DNA of 64,000 nucleotides from Escherichia coli O157:H7 (GTDB lineage Bacteria; Pseudomonadota; Gammaproteobacteria; Enterobacterales; Enterobacteriaceae): NCBI RefSeq assembly GCF_013167455.1, contig NZ_CP038328.1; one strand, 5' to 3'. Shown piece by piece: positions 1 to 8,959 of this stretch (position 1 is its first letter; each line of letters starts with the position of its first letter). The notes under the pieces were generated by a model. It saw only the letters and a program-made list of their open reading frames with translations, ran no database searches and was not told where the DNA came from. The position numbers and the translations under genes were made by a program.

Positions 1-441
1 CGAGAGGAGCAGAAACAGAAAGATAAACTTAAGATTCAAAAACTCGCCTTAAAGCCCCGCAGTTACTGGATTAAACAAGCCCAACAAGCCGTACACGCCT
101 TCATCAGAGAAAGAGACCGCGACTTACCATGTATCTCGTGCGGAACGCTCACGTCTGCTCAGTGGGATGCCGGACATTACCGGACAACTGCTGCGGCACC
201 TCAACTCCGATTTGATGAACGCAATATTCACAAGCAATGCGTGGTGTGCAACCAGCACAAAAGCGGAAATCTCGTTCCGTATCGCGTCGAACTGATTAGC
301 CGCATCGGGCAGGAAGCAGTAGAGGAAATCGAATCAAACCATAACCGCTATCGCTGGACTGTCGAAGAGTGCAGGGCCATCAAGGCGGAGTATCAACAGA
401 AACTTAAAAAACTGCGAAACAGCAGAAGTGAGGTTGCATGA
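1..441 (+). CDS. ninG: NinG/Rap-family recombination protein (5'-truncated by window edge)
   Basis: Frame-1 translation from position 1 (…[23 protein letters not shown]…[24 protein letters not shown]…) matches lambda NinG C-terminal two-thirds; stop at 439-441. Confidence 0.8.
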   Translation, partial: REEQKQKDKLKIQKLALKPRSYWIKQAQQAVHAFIRERDRDLPCISCGTLTSAQWDAGHYRTTAAAPQLRFDERNIHKQCVVCNQHKSGNLVPYRVELISRIGQEAVEEIESNHNRYRWTVEECRAIKAEYQQKLKKLRNSRSEVA

Positions 442-1103
442 ATATCTACGAAAGAATTGATGGCAGCAAATACCGAAATATTTGGGTAGTTGGCGATCTG
501 CACGGATGCTACACGAACCTGATGAAAAAACTGGAGACGATAGGATTCGACACCAAAAAAGACCTGCTTATCTCGGTGGGCGATTTGGTTGATCGCGGTA
601 CAGAGAACGTAGAATGCCTGGAATTAATCACATTCCCCTGGTTCAGAGCTGTACGTGGAAACCATGAGCAAATGATGATTGATGGCTTATCAGAGCGTGG
701 AAACGTCAATCACTGGCTGCTTAATGGCGGTGGCTGGTTCTTTAATCTCGATTACGACAAAGAAATTCTGGCTAAAGCTCTTGCCCATAAAGCAGATGAA
801 CTTCCGTTAATCATCGAACTGGTGAGTAAAGGAAAAAAATATGTCATCTGCCACGCCGATTATCCTTGTGATAAATACGAGTTTGGAAAGCCAGTTGATC
901 ATCAGCAGGTAATCTGGAACCGCGAACGAATCAGCAACTCACAAGACGGGATCGTGAAAGAAATCAAAGGCGCGGACACGTTCATCTTTGGTCATACGCC
1001 AGCAGTGAAACCACTCAAATTTGCCAACCAGATGTATATCGATACTGGCGCAGTGTTCTGCGGAAACCTCACATTGATTCAGGTACAGGGAGAAGGCGCA
1101 TGA
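438..1103 (+). CDS. Phage Ser/Thr protein phosphatase (lambda NinI / PP-lambda family, calcineurin-like metallophosphatase)
   Basis: 221-aa ORF with metallophosphatase motifs visible in translation (VGDLHG, GDLVDRG, RGNHE); ATGA overlap with ninG stop; classic nin-region position upstream of Q. Confidence 0.85.
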   Translation: MNIYERIDGSKYRNIWVVGDLHGCYTNLMKKLETIGFDTKKDLLISVGDLVDRGTENVECLELITFPWFRAVRGNHEQMMIDGLSERGNVNHWLLNGGGWFFNLDYDKEILAKALAHKADELPLIIELVSKGKKYVICHADYPCDKYEFGKPVDHQQVIWNRERISNSQDGIVKEIKGADTFIFGHTPAVKPLKFANQMYIDTGAVFCGNLTLIQVQGEGA

Positions 1104-1723
1104 GACTCGAAAGCGTAGCTAAATTTCATTCGCCAAAAAGCCCGATGATGAGCGACTCACCACGGGCCACGGCTTCTGACTCTCTTTCCGGTACTGATGT
1201 GATGGCTGCTATGGGGATGGCGCAATCACAAGCCGGATTCGGAATGGCTGTATTCTGTGGTAAGCACGAACTCAGCCAGAACGACAAACAAAAGGCTATC
1301 AACTATCTGATGCAATTTGCACACAAGGTATCGGGGAAATACCGTGGCGTGGCAAAGCTTGAAGGAAATACTAAGGCAAAGGTACTGCAAGTGCTCGCAA
1401 CATTCGCTTATGCGGATTATTGCCGTAGTGCCGCTACGCCGGGCGCAAGATGCAGAGATTGCCACGGTACAGGCCGTGCGGTTGATATAGCCAAAACAGA
1501 GCAGTGGGGGATAGTTGCTGAGAAAGAGTGCGGAAGATGTAAAGGCGTCGGTTATTCAAGAATGCCAGCAAGCGCCGCATATCGCGCTGTGACGATGCTA
1601 ATCCCAAACCTTACCCAACCCACCTGGTCACGCACTGTTAAGCCGCTGTATGACGCTCTGGTTGTGCAATGCCACAAGGAAGAGTCAATCGCAGACAACA
1701 TTTTGAATGCGATCACACGTTAG
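1100..1723 (+). CDS. Q: Late-gene antitermination protein Q (lambda-type)
   Basis: 207-aa ORF, near-identical in my reading to lambda Q ([19 protein letters not shown]…[12 protein letters not shown]…CGRCKGVGY zinc-binding region); overlaps the phosphatase stop. Confidence 0.85.
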   Translation: MRLESVAKFHSPKSPMMSDSPRATASDSLSGTDVMAAMGMAQSQAGFGMAVFCGKHELSQNDKQKAINYLMQFAHKVSGKYRGVAKLEGNTKAKVLQVLATFAYADYCRSAATPGARCRDCHGTGRAVDIAKTEQWGIVAEKECGRCKGVGYSRMPASAAYRAVTMLIPNLTQPTWSRTVKPLYDALVVQCHKEESIADNILNAITR

Positions 1724-1765
1724 CGCCATGATTGCCACGGATGGCAACATATTAACGGCATAATA

Positions 1766-1825
1766 TTGACTTTTTGAATAACTTTGGGGAAACTTGACAC
1801 CAATAATGGGCGTTTTTTACATGTC
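1766..1825 (+). promoter_or_regulatory. pR'-like late promoter / qut region
   Basis: TTGACT (1766-1771), 17-bp spacer, weak -10 GAAACT, then TTGACACCAATAATGGG; the whole stretch aligns by eye with the lambda pR' region (TTGACTTATTGAATAAAATTGGGTAAATTTGACTCAACGATGGG). Lies 43 bp downstream of Q. Confidence 0.45.
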
Positions 1826-2002
1826 ATTGATGAGTCTCAATAACCTGCCGCCGAGTAGTTTTTATGCTCTGAATTGTATTTGTGTAGTAAACATGCTGAC
1901 TGCAATGTAATAGAGTTTTTTTAGCCTGTAACCTCTTGACGGCATTGAATTGCTTTTGTTATGAGTTGTAAGCCAATGTTATCATCTTGTATTGGGGTGG
2001 TT

Positions 2003-2719
2003 ATGAAGGATGGTGCGCTGCTCAGGAGTTCTTCACTTTTTATTGCCTACATGGGATGCCTTGGATGGGGGAGTGCTTATTTCTATGGATGGGGTACTTC
2101 TTTTTACTACGGCTTCCCATGGTGGATTGTAGGTGCAGGTGTTGATGATGTTGCCAGAAGTTTATTTTTTGCAGTTATCGTCATTGCTATATTTCTTATC
2201 GGTTGGGGTATTGGTGTTGTATTCTTTTTCGCAGTGAAAAGAAAACATTCTATGCAAGAGCTAAATGTATTTCGCCTTTATTTTGCTGTGGAATTATTGT
2301 TTGTGCCGGCAATTATTGAGTTTTCTATATTGAGACAGAAGATTCAGGTACCTCTTTTGCTACTGTCAGCAGCGATTGCGCTGGCGGTCACAATTTCGAT
2401 AAGATCTTATGGGCGATTTTTATCGGTATCATGCTTCTATGATAAGCCATTTATAAAAAAACATTTTTTTGAGATTGTGATGATTGCTTTTGTGGCATAT
2501 TTCTGGCTTTTTTCATTTCTGACAGGATATTACAAACCGCAGTTTAAGAAAGAATATGAAATGATTAATTATAATGATGGTTGGTATTATGTTCTTGCTC
2601 GTTATGATAATTGTCTGGTTTTGTCTACTTCTTTCAATGCAGGTAGTAAAAGGTTTGTGATTTATCAATCAGCACAAGATAAGAATCTTCAGGTTGATAT
2701 TGTAAGGACCAGAATTTAA
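2003..2719 (+). CDS. Hypothetical multi-pass membrane protein (phage moron in the post-Q slot)
   Basis: ORF 1961-2719; start placed at ATG 2003 preceded by GGGGTGG RBS. Translation has at least four long hydrophobic segments (e.g. FFAVIVIAIFLIGWGIGVVFFFAV, VPLLLLSAAIALAVTISI, FFEIVMIAFVAYFWLFSFL) and a ~60-aa hydrophilic C-terminus. AT-rich. No recognisable family. Confidence 0.5.
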   Translation: MKDGALLRSSSLFIAYMGCLGWGSAYFYGWGTSFYYGFPWWIVGAGVDDVARSLFFAVIVIAIFLIGWGIGVVFFFAVKRKHSMQELNVFRLYFAVELLFVPAIIEFSILRQKIQVPLLLLSAAIALAVTISIRSYGRFLSVSCFYDKPFIKKHFFEIVMIAFVAYFWLFSFLTGYYKPQFKKEYEMINYNDGWYYVLARYDNCLVLSTSFNAGSKRFVIYQSAQDKNLQVDIVRTRI

Positions 2720-3137
2720 TTGGCTGCATAAATAATATTTTAAGTTGCAAGTTGGCTATTCGTAGGAATAGAACCTTAGGCATGCTGAATGCGTTTTCTG
2801 AACATTGTTTTATAAACTGTGTCTGCTTGCTGTTGTGATCCTGCTTTTAGTGATGGTGATGATGGATTTCACCAGCAGGATAATGTTGGTACTGACTGAT
2901 GGCGCTCTGGTCTGCGGCATTGTGGTATTGCTGTGGCCGGTGATAAAAAGAAACAGCCTGCATAATGCTTGATTTTTTTGTTTACTGTTTATTAAAAATA
3001 CTACTGCATGGTGAATCCCCCTGTGCGGAGGGGCAATCAGCAACCAGGTATATGTGATAATCGCGGATTCAGGTGCTGATACTGAATTCACCGGGAGGCA
3101 CCCGGCACCATGCAAGAAAAAGAATGTGCATGCAAAC

Positions 3138-3166
3138 ATGCCCCTCTCCGGAGGGGCATTTTTTAT
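3138..3166 (+). terminator. Rho-independent terminator-like hairpin
   Basis: ATGCCCCTCTCCGGAGGGGCAT perfect stem followed by TTTTTT; a related palindrome (CCCCCTGTGCGGAGGGGC) lies at about 3016-3035. Confidence 0.4.
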
Positions 3167-3379
3167 GGGTAAAAAATGCCCGAATGGGTTCGGGCAATAG
3201 CATGAGATACTGATATTGTTGTGTTGTTATCGTGTGGATTTTAACCAGGGTTTATCAGGCTGCGCAACTGCGTGGCCTTTTTTCATTTCTTGGGCTGTAG
3301 TCCCCGTGTGTCATTCAGGCTTCCGGACTACAGCCCACTCCATATCTGATTTAATACACTATCCCGGCCGGGAGGAATA

Positions 3380-5233
3380 ATGACATTTAAACATTATGAT
3401 GTTGTCAGGGCGGCGTCGCCGTCAGACCTTGCGGAAAAGCTGACACACAAACTGAAAGAGGGCTGGCAGCCGTTTGGTAGTCCGGTGGCCATAACCCCTT
3501 ATACCCTGATGCAGGTGATTACAGCAGAAGGTGATGTGGTGGTCAGTGGTGCAACTGAGCCGGATTGGTACTACGTCATCGTACTGGCCGGGCAGTCCAA
3601 TGCCATGGCTTACGGTGAAGGGCTTCCGCTGCCGGATTCATACGATGCTCCGGATCCGCGCATTAAACAGCTGGCGCGCCGCAGTACAGTTACGCCGGGT
3701 GGGGCTGCCTGCAGATATAACGATATTATTCCGGCCGACCACTGCCTGCATGATGTGCAGGATATGAGTACGCTGAATCATCCGAAGGCAGACCTGAGCA
3801 AAGGGCAGTACGGCTGTGTCGGCCAGGGCTTACATATTGCCAAAAAACTGCTTCCGTATATCCCGAATAACGCGGGGATCCTGCTGGTACCATGCTGTCG
3901 TGGTGGTTCGGCATTCACCCAGGGCGCGGAGGGGACATTCAGTGCGGACGCGGGGGCCAGCCAGGATTCGGCGCGCTGGGGTGTGGGTAAACCGTTATAT
4001 CAGGACCTGATTGCGCGCACTAAAGCTGCATTACAGAAGAACCCGAAAAATGTGTTGCTGGCGGTGTGCTGGATGCAGGGAGAGTTTGACATGAGCGCCG
4101 CCACCCACGCACAGCAACCTGCGCTGTTTACAGCCATGCTGGCACAGTTTCGTGCTGACCTCTCCGTGTTTAACGCGCAGTGCCATGGTGGCAGTGCTGC
4201 AGATGTGCCGTGGATTTGTGGTGACACGACGTATTACTGGAAAAATACCTACGGCACCCAGTACAACACCATTTACGGGGCGTACAAAAACAGGGAGAGT
4301 GAGGGCGTTTATTTTGTGCCCTTCATGACAGACGGTAACGGCGTCAATACCGCCACTAACGCGCCGGCAGAAGATCCGGATATTCCGGCATCAGGATATT
4401 ACGGTGCGGCATCGAGAACGAATGGAAACCAGGTATCATCAAACCGCCCGACACATTTCAGTTCATGGGCGCGCAGGAGCATTATTCCGGATCGTATGGC
4501 AACCGCTATTCTGAACGCAGCCGGGCGCACCTCAGCCTTCATCAGTGGTAAGGCACCGGAAATCAAACCCTCGCCCGGCGGCAACACGCCATCGGGTCCG
4601 TCTGCAGATACGTCCGTTCGCACAATCTCCCTGCTGCCGGCAGCCGGAGAGGCTGCTGCGCAGGGCTGGAGCATTAAGGATGGCGGAATTCAGTTGTCAG
4701 ATGGTGTATTTAAGATCACCAGGCAGAGCAATAAAACCTGGTCCCTGACGCATCCGGTGGATGACGCAATTACCCTGCTGACACAGGGCGGCAGACTGAC
4801 CTGTAAGTTCCGCCTGTCAGGCGCACTGACCAACAATCAGTTCGGGCTGGGGATTTATCTGTATACGGATGCTCCCGTTCCTGATGGTGTGGCGATGACG
4901 GGTACCGGTAATCCGTTCCTGATGTCGTACTTCACTCAGACCACTGACGGCAGAGTGAATCTGATGCATCACAGGAAAGCCGGAAACACGAAGCTGGGGG
5001 AGTTCGGCGATTACGGTAACGACTGGCAGACGCTGGAGCTGGTGTTCACCGCCGGCAGTGCCACGGTTACTCCGAAACTGAATGGAGTGGCTGGCCCGGC
5101 ATTCCAGGTTATAAAAGACAGTATGACACTGGGACTGAATGCGCTGACGCTGACGGATGTTACAAAAAATGCAGCGTATGGCGTTGAGATAGAAAGTCTG
5201 GTGCTGGAGATAAATGCACCGGCATCATCATAA
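3380..5233 (+). CDS. nanS-p: Prophage-encoded sialate O-acetylesterase (NanS-p-like; SGNH/SASA hydrolase with N-terminal DUF1737-like region and long C-terminal extension)
   Basis: 617-aa ORF with RBS GGGAGG upstream; SGNH active-site block [18 protein letters not shown] near residue 65-80; matches the NanS-p family found downstream of Q or stx in EHEC lambdoid prophages. Confidence 0.75.
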   Translation: MTFKHYDVVRAASPSDLAEKLTHKLKEGWQPFGSPVAITPYTLMQVITAEGDVVVSGATEPDWYYVIVLAGQSNAMAYGEGLPLPDSYDAPDPRIKQLARRSTVTPGGAACRYNDIIPADHCLHDVQDMSTLNHPKADLSKGQYGCVGQGLHIAKKLLPYIPNNAGILLVPCCRGGSAFTQGAEGTFSADAGASQDSARWGVGKPLYQDLIARTKAALQKNPKNVLLAVCWMQGEFDMSAATHAQQPALFTAMLAQFRADLSVFNAQCHGGSAADVPWICGDTTYYWKNTYGTQYNTIYGAYKNRESEGVYFVPFMTDGNGVNTATNAPAEDPDIPASGYYGAASRTNGNQVSSNRPTHFSSWARRSIIPDRMATAILNAAGRTSAFISGKAPEIKPSPGGNTPSGPSADTSVRTISLLPAAGEAAAQGWSIKDGGIQLSDGVFKITRQSNKTWSLTHPVDDAITLLTQGGRLTCKFRLSGALTNNQFGLGIYLYTDAPVPDGVAMTGTGNPFLMSYFTQTTDGRVNLMHHRKAGNTKLGEFGDYGNDWQTLELVFTAGSATVTPKLNGVAGPAFQVIKDSMTLGLNALTLTDVTKNAAYGVEIESLVLEINAPASS

Positions 5234-5382
5234 AAAGTGAGCCAGTCAAATGGAAGGTATCGTTAAACTCACCGGTAGTGTCAGTGGGTCGTCTGAGACG
5301 CCTGCATGAGTTATCAGAGCCATCAGTAGTTAACTGGTGGCTTTTTTATTGTTGTCAGCTTCCGGATAACGGGAGACGGGGT

Positions 5383-5598
5383 ATGTACCAGATGGAAAAA
5401 ATCACAACGGGTGTGTCATACACCACGTCAGCGGTGGGGACGGGATACTGGTTACTGCAGCTGCTGGACAAAGTCTCTCCGTCCCAGTGGGTGGCGATAG
5501 GCGTGCTGGGGAGTCTGCTGTTTGGGCTGCTGACATATCTGACGAACCTGTATTTCAAGATTAAAGAAGACCGGCGTAAGGCGGCGCGGGGAGAGTAA
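5383..5598 (+). CDS. S: Phage holin, class II pinholin (S21-like), dual-start motif
   Basis: 71-aa product [71 protein letters not shown] closely parallels the phage-21 S21 pinholin, including the two-Met start (MYQM) and the C-terminal …[15 protein letters not shown]. The ORF track extends it spuriously to 5278. Confidence 0.8.
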   Translation: MYQMEKITTGVSYTTSAVGTGYWLLQLLDKVSPSQWVAIGVLGSLLFGLLTYLTNLYFKIKEDRRKAARGE

Positions 5599-5602
5599 AG
5601 TG

Positions 5603-5947
5603 ATGAAGAAAAAATACGAACTGGTTGTTAAAGGGATAAATAATTACCCGGATAAGATTACTGTTACTGTGGCACTGGAAATTGGTGGGTATCCGTCACT
5701 GTTGTTGCCAGATGTGGCGATTAGTCTTGACCGTACTGAAGGTGCCACGCTGGAGTTTTACGAAGCTGAGGCGAAAAAGCAGGCGAAGCAGTTTTTCATG
5801 GATGTTGCTGCCGGGTTATGTGAAGGGGATGGTCCGTTACCGGAAAAGCGTCCCGTAATTTTAGAGGCGCAGGATGTGTTGATAACCTACAGAGGAAAAC
5901 TACCGGGAATAATTACGGGTTCTCTGAAGACTCCACCGCTGGCCTGA
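5603..5947 (+). CDS. Hypothetical protein located between holin and endolysin
   Basis: 114-aa ORF, ATG 5603 with RBS GGGGAGAG 5588-5595 immediately after the holin stop; soluble, no recognisable motif (MKKKYELVVKGINNYPDKITVTVALEIGGYPS…). Confidence 0.5.
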   Translation: MKKKYELVVKGINNYPDKITVTVALEIGGYPSLLLPDVAISLDRTEGATLEFYEAEAKKQAKQFFMDVAAGLCEGDGPLPEKRPVILEAQDVLITYRGKLPGIITGSLKTPPLA

Positions 5948-5997
5948 AGACTTAACATATCCAGGGATTTGAAATCGATAAACCCTGATAAATATCC

Positions 5998-6211
5998 ATG
6001 AACGCAAAAATCAGATACGGCCTGTCGGCTGCCGTTCTGGCGCTGATTGGTGCAGGGGCGTCTGCGCCTGAAATCCTCGACCAGTTTCTGGATGAAAAGG
6101 AAGGTAACCACACCACAGCATACCGTGATGGTGCGGGTATCTGGACCATCTGCCGTGGAGCCACCCGGGTGGATGGTAAGCCTGTGATTCCTGGCATGAA
6201 GCTGTCGAAGG
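5998..6211 (+). pseudogene. R: SAR-endolysin (GH24 lysozyme) N-terminal fragment, disrupted by IS66-family insertion
   Basis: N-terminal signal-anchor-release segment (LSAAVLALIGAGASA) followed by lysozyme catalytic pattern E-x8-D-x5-T (EGNHTTAYRDGAGIWT); reading frame runs into the IS66-family left end at about 6212 and terminates after about 70 codons. Confidence 0.65.
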
Positions 6212-6282
6212 GTAAGCGTACAGCCTGAACCGTCTGGTCAGAATCTGACGAATTAGACAAAGTGGTGTCCACCAAATAAGTA

Positions 6283-6684
6283 GTGGGAACCAAAGTATCA
6301 GATATGCAGAAAAATGTGACTCCCGGCAGGCGAAAAGGCTGCCCTAATTATCCTCCCGAATTTAAACAGCAGCTCGTTGCTGCCTCCTGTGAACCCGGGA
6401 TATCCATCTCAAAACTTGCTCTTGAAAATGGCATTAACGCCAATCTGTTGTTCAAATGGCGACAACAATGGCGCGAGGGAAAGCTGCTATTACCTTCTTC
6501 AGAGAGCCCCCAGCTACTTCCTGTGACTCTCGATGCAGCTGCCGAACAGCCAGAATCGCTCGCAGAGGACCCGGAAACCCTCAGTATCAGCTGTGAGGTA
6601 ACGTTCCGGCACGGGACGCTCCGCTTCAATGGCTATGTCAGCGAAAAGCTCCTGACTCTGCTGATACAGGAACTGAAGCGATGA
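6283..6684 (+). CDS. IS66-family accessory protein TnpA (orf1)
   Basis: 133-aa ORF; typical IS66 orf1 sequence (…ISISKLALENGINANLLFKWRQQW…); overlaps orf2 by ATGA. Confidence 0.8.
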   Translation: MGTKVSDMQKNVTPGRRKGCPNYPPEFKQQLVAASCEPGISISKLALENGINANLLFKWRQQWREGKLLLPSSESPQLLPVTLDAAAEQPESLAEDPETLSISCEVTFRHGTLRFNGYVSEKLLTLLIQELKR

Positions 6685-7028
6685 TCCCGTTACCTTCCGG
6701 GACCAAAATTTGGCTGGTTGCCGGTATCACCGATATGAGAAATGGCTTCAACGGCCTGGCTGCGAAAGTACAAACGGCGCTGAAAGACGATCCCATGTCC
6801 GGCCATGTTTTCATTTTCCGGGGCCGCAGCGGCAGTCAGGTTAAACTGCTGTGGTCCACCGGTGACGGACTGTGCCTCCTGACCAAACGGCTGGAGCGTG
6901 GGCGCTTCGCCTGGCCGTCAGCCCGTGATGGCAAAGTGTTCCTTACGCAGGCGCAGCTGGCGATGCTGCTGGAAGGTATCGACTGGCGACAGCCTAAGCG
7001 GCTGCTGACCTCCCTGACCATGCTGTAA
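6681..7028 (+). CDS. IS66-family TnpB (orf2)
   Basis: 115-aa ORF (MIPLPSGTKIWLVAGITDMRNGFNGLAAKVQ…) characteristic of IS66 orf2. Confidence 0.8.
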   Translation: MIPLPSGTKIWLVAGITDMRNGFNGLAAKVQTALKDDPMSGHVFIFRGRSGSQVKLLWSTGDGLCLLTKRLERGRFAWPSARDGKVFLTQAQLAMLLEGIDWRQPKRLLTSLTML

Positions 7029-7077
7029 ATCTCTTTATCCTGGTTGTCACAGAATAAGCCCGGTAAAATACGGGCTT

Positions 7078-7486
7078 ATGAACGACATCTCTTCTGACGA
7101 CATCTTCCTGCTGAAACAGCGCCTGGCCGAACAGGAAGCGCTGATCCACGCCCTGCAGGAAAAGCTGAGCAACCGGGAGCGCGAAATAGACCATCTGCAG
7201 GCGCAGCTGGATAAACTCCGCCGGATGAACTTCGGCAGTCGTTCCGAAAAAGTCTCCCGCCGTATCGCACAAATGGAAGCCGATCTGAACCGGCTTCAGA
7301 AAGAGAGCGATACGCTGACTGGTAGGGTGTATGACCCGGCAGTACAGCGTCCGTTGCGTCAGACCCGCACCCGTAAGCCGTTCCCTGAATCACTACCCCG
7401 TGACGAAAAGCGACTGTTGCCTGCGGCGCCGTGCTGCCCGAACTGCGGCGGTTCACTGAGCTATCTGGGCGAGGATACCGCCGAAC
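7078..7486 (+). pseudogene. IS66-family transposase TnpC, truncated after the CxxC zinc-finger by IS629 insertion
   Basis: N-terminal coiled-coil region and CCPNCGG motif present; ORF continues into IS629 terminal repeat from 7487 and ends shortly after; expected ~500-aa transposase body absent. Confidence 0.8.
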
Positions 7487-7528
7487 TGAACCGCCCCGGT
7501 TTTCCTGGAGAGTGTTTTATCTGTGAAC

Positions 7529-8419
7529 TCAGGCTGCCAGATCATCGTTTCCGATGGAAGCATAATAAGCTTTTTCTGCTTCTGCCGGAGGAGTATGGCC
7601 CAGCCTTCCCAGCAATCGTCGATTGTTATACCAGTCCACCCACGTTAGTGTGGCCAGTTCCACTTCTGCACGGTTTTTCCAGCTCTTACGGTGTATTACC
7701 TCCGCTTTGTAAAGACCATTGATGCTCTCAGCCATCGCGTTGTCATACGAGTCGCCTGTACTCCCTGTTGATGCCAGTAATCCGGCTTCTTTTAGTCGCT
7801 CCGTATAGGCCAGTGACACATACTGAGAGCCTTTATCGCTGTGATGGATGGTGCCAGACGGACGACGGGCCCACAACGCCTGCTCCAGCGCATCCAGCAC
7901 GAATGTCGTTTCCATAGACGATGAGACCCGCCACCCCACGATGTATCCGGCAAACACATCAATGATAAACGCCACATAGACGAAGCCCTGCCATGTGCTG
8001 ACGTAAGTAAAATCAGCCACCCACAGCTGGTCAGGTCGTTCTGCCACGAACTGACGGTTTACGCGGTCGCCTGCGGCAACGGCTTTCCGGCTGATGGTCG
8101 TACGGACCTTTTTACCCCGGAGAACACCGGCAAGTCCCATAACCGCCATGAGACGTGCCACTGTACATCTGGCCACCCTGATTCCTTCCCGTAACAACTG
8201 ACGCCAGACTTTACGCACACCGTACACCTGATGATTTTCATCGTATACGCGCTGTATCTCTCTCTTCAGCCAGTCGTCGTGCTGCGCACGGGCACTGCGT
8301 TTATCCGGATGATGTCGCTGTTGCTGACAATGGTAATACGTTGACGGGGCAATATGCAGTTCGCTGCATACCGGTCCGACCCCGTACTGCTCACGCAGCT
8401 TATCCAGCAGTGGCATCAT
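7529..8419 (-). CDS. IS629 transposase OrfB (DDE integrase domain; expressed as OrfAB fusion by -1 frameshift)
   Basis: 296-aa ORF with IS3-family DDE-domain sequence (…[10 protein letters not shown]…[15 protein letters not shown]…). Confidence 0.85.
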   Translation of the reverse strand: MMPLLDKLREQYGVGPVCSELHIAPSTYYHCQQQRHHPDKRSARAQHDDWLKREIQRVYDENHQVYGVRKVWRQLLREGIRVARCTVARLMAVMGLAGVLRGKKVRTTISRKAVAAGDRVNRQFVAERPDQLWVADFTYVSTWQGFVYVAFIIDVFAGYIVGWRVSSSMETTFVLDALEQALWARRPSGTIHHSDKGSQYVSLAYTERLKEAGLLASTGSTGDSYDNAMAESINGLYKAEVIHRKSWKNRAEVELATLTWVDWYNNRRLLGRLGHTPPAEAEKAYYASIGNDDLAA

Positions 8420-8742
8420 TTTTTCCAGAGGCGGTCGAACTCCGCCTTCGCAAAATAAGCGGAAGCCTGGCGAAGGATATCGTTACTGCGGCGCAGTTCA
8501 CGATTTTCACGTTCCAGCTCTTTCAGACGCTGACGTTCAGCGCTGGTGAGCCCACCATCACCGCCCCCGGTATCCCGCTCATGCTGGCGAACCCAGACAC
8601 GCAGAGTCTCCGGCGTACAGCCAATCTTTGGGGCAATGGAACAAATTGCCGCCCACTGTGAGTCATATTCATCCTGACTTTCCAGAACCATACGAATCGC
8701 CCGCTGACGGACTTCGGGGGAAAAACGAGTATTTTTAGTCAT
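8416..8742 (-). CDS. IS629 transposase OrfA (HTH)
   Basis: 108-aa [60 protein letters not shown]… matches IS629 OrfA. Confidence 0.85.
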   Translation of the reverse strand: MTKNTRFSPEVRQRAIRMVLESQDEYDSQWAAICSIAPKIGCTPETLRVWVRQHERDTGGGDGGLTSAERQRLKELERENRELRRSNDILRQASAYFAKAEFDRLWKK

Positions 8743-8959
8743 CCTGTTTACCTCTTTCTCAGGGAGTTTAGTCTCCAGGATTTCCGGGGCGGTTCAGATG
8801 GCGCACTCATCACCGGACTGACCTTTCTTGCCCCCAAAGATGCCACACGGGTTCAGGGTTTTTTTCAGCATTTGCAGGTCAGGTTTGGTGACGGGCCGTG
8901 GCAGGATGTTAAGGGGCTGGATGAAGTGGGCAGTGATACAGGCAGAACAGGAGAATGAC

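Larger units (their letters stand above)
6212..7486 (+). mobile_element. IS66-family element (ISEc8-like), 3'-truncated by IS629
   Basis: Starts with GTAAGCG terminus typical of IS66-family ends; contains the three characteristic ORFs in order (tnpA-like, tnpB-like, tnpC); tnpC interrupted at 7486. Confidence 0.75.
7487..8796 (-). mobile_element. IS629 (IS3 family), complete 1310-bp copy
   Basis: Imperfect terminal inverted repeats TGAACCGCCCCGG… at 7487 and …CCGGGGCGGTTCA at 8796; orfA/orfB with -1 frame overlap at an A6 slippery run (about 8419-8425); orfA sequence matches IS629. No flanking direct repeat seen. Confidence 0.85.

Noticed and set aside
2810-3139. 109-aa ORF on the minus strand
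   Set aside because: No RBS, low-complexity translation, overlaps the palindromic terminator-like elements and the small plus-strand ORF; likely non-coding.
1724-3380. Shiga toxin genes (stxA/stxB) or phage tRNA genes downstream of Q
   Set aside because: Looked for them because of the Q–nanS-p context; no A-subunit-sized or B-subunit-sized ORF with a signal peptide and no tRNA-like sequence (no GGTTCGAATCC T-arm) is present. The slot holds the unknown membrane-protein gene instead.
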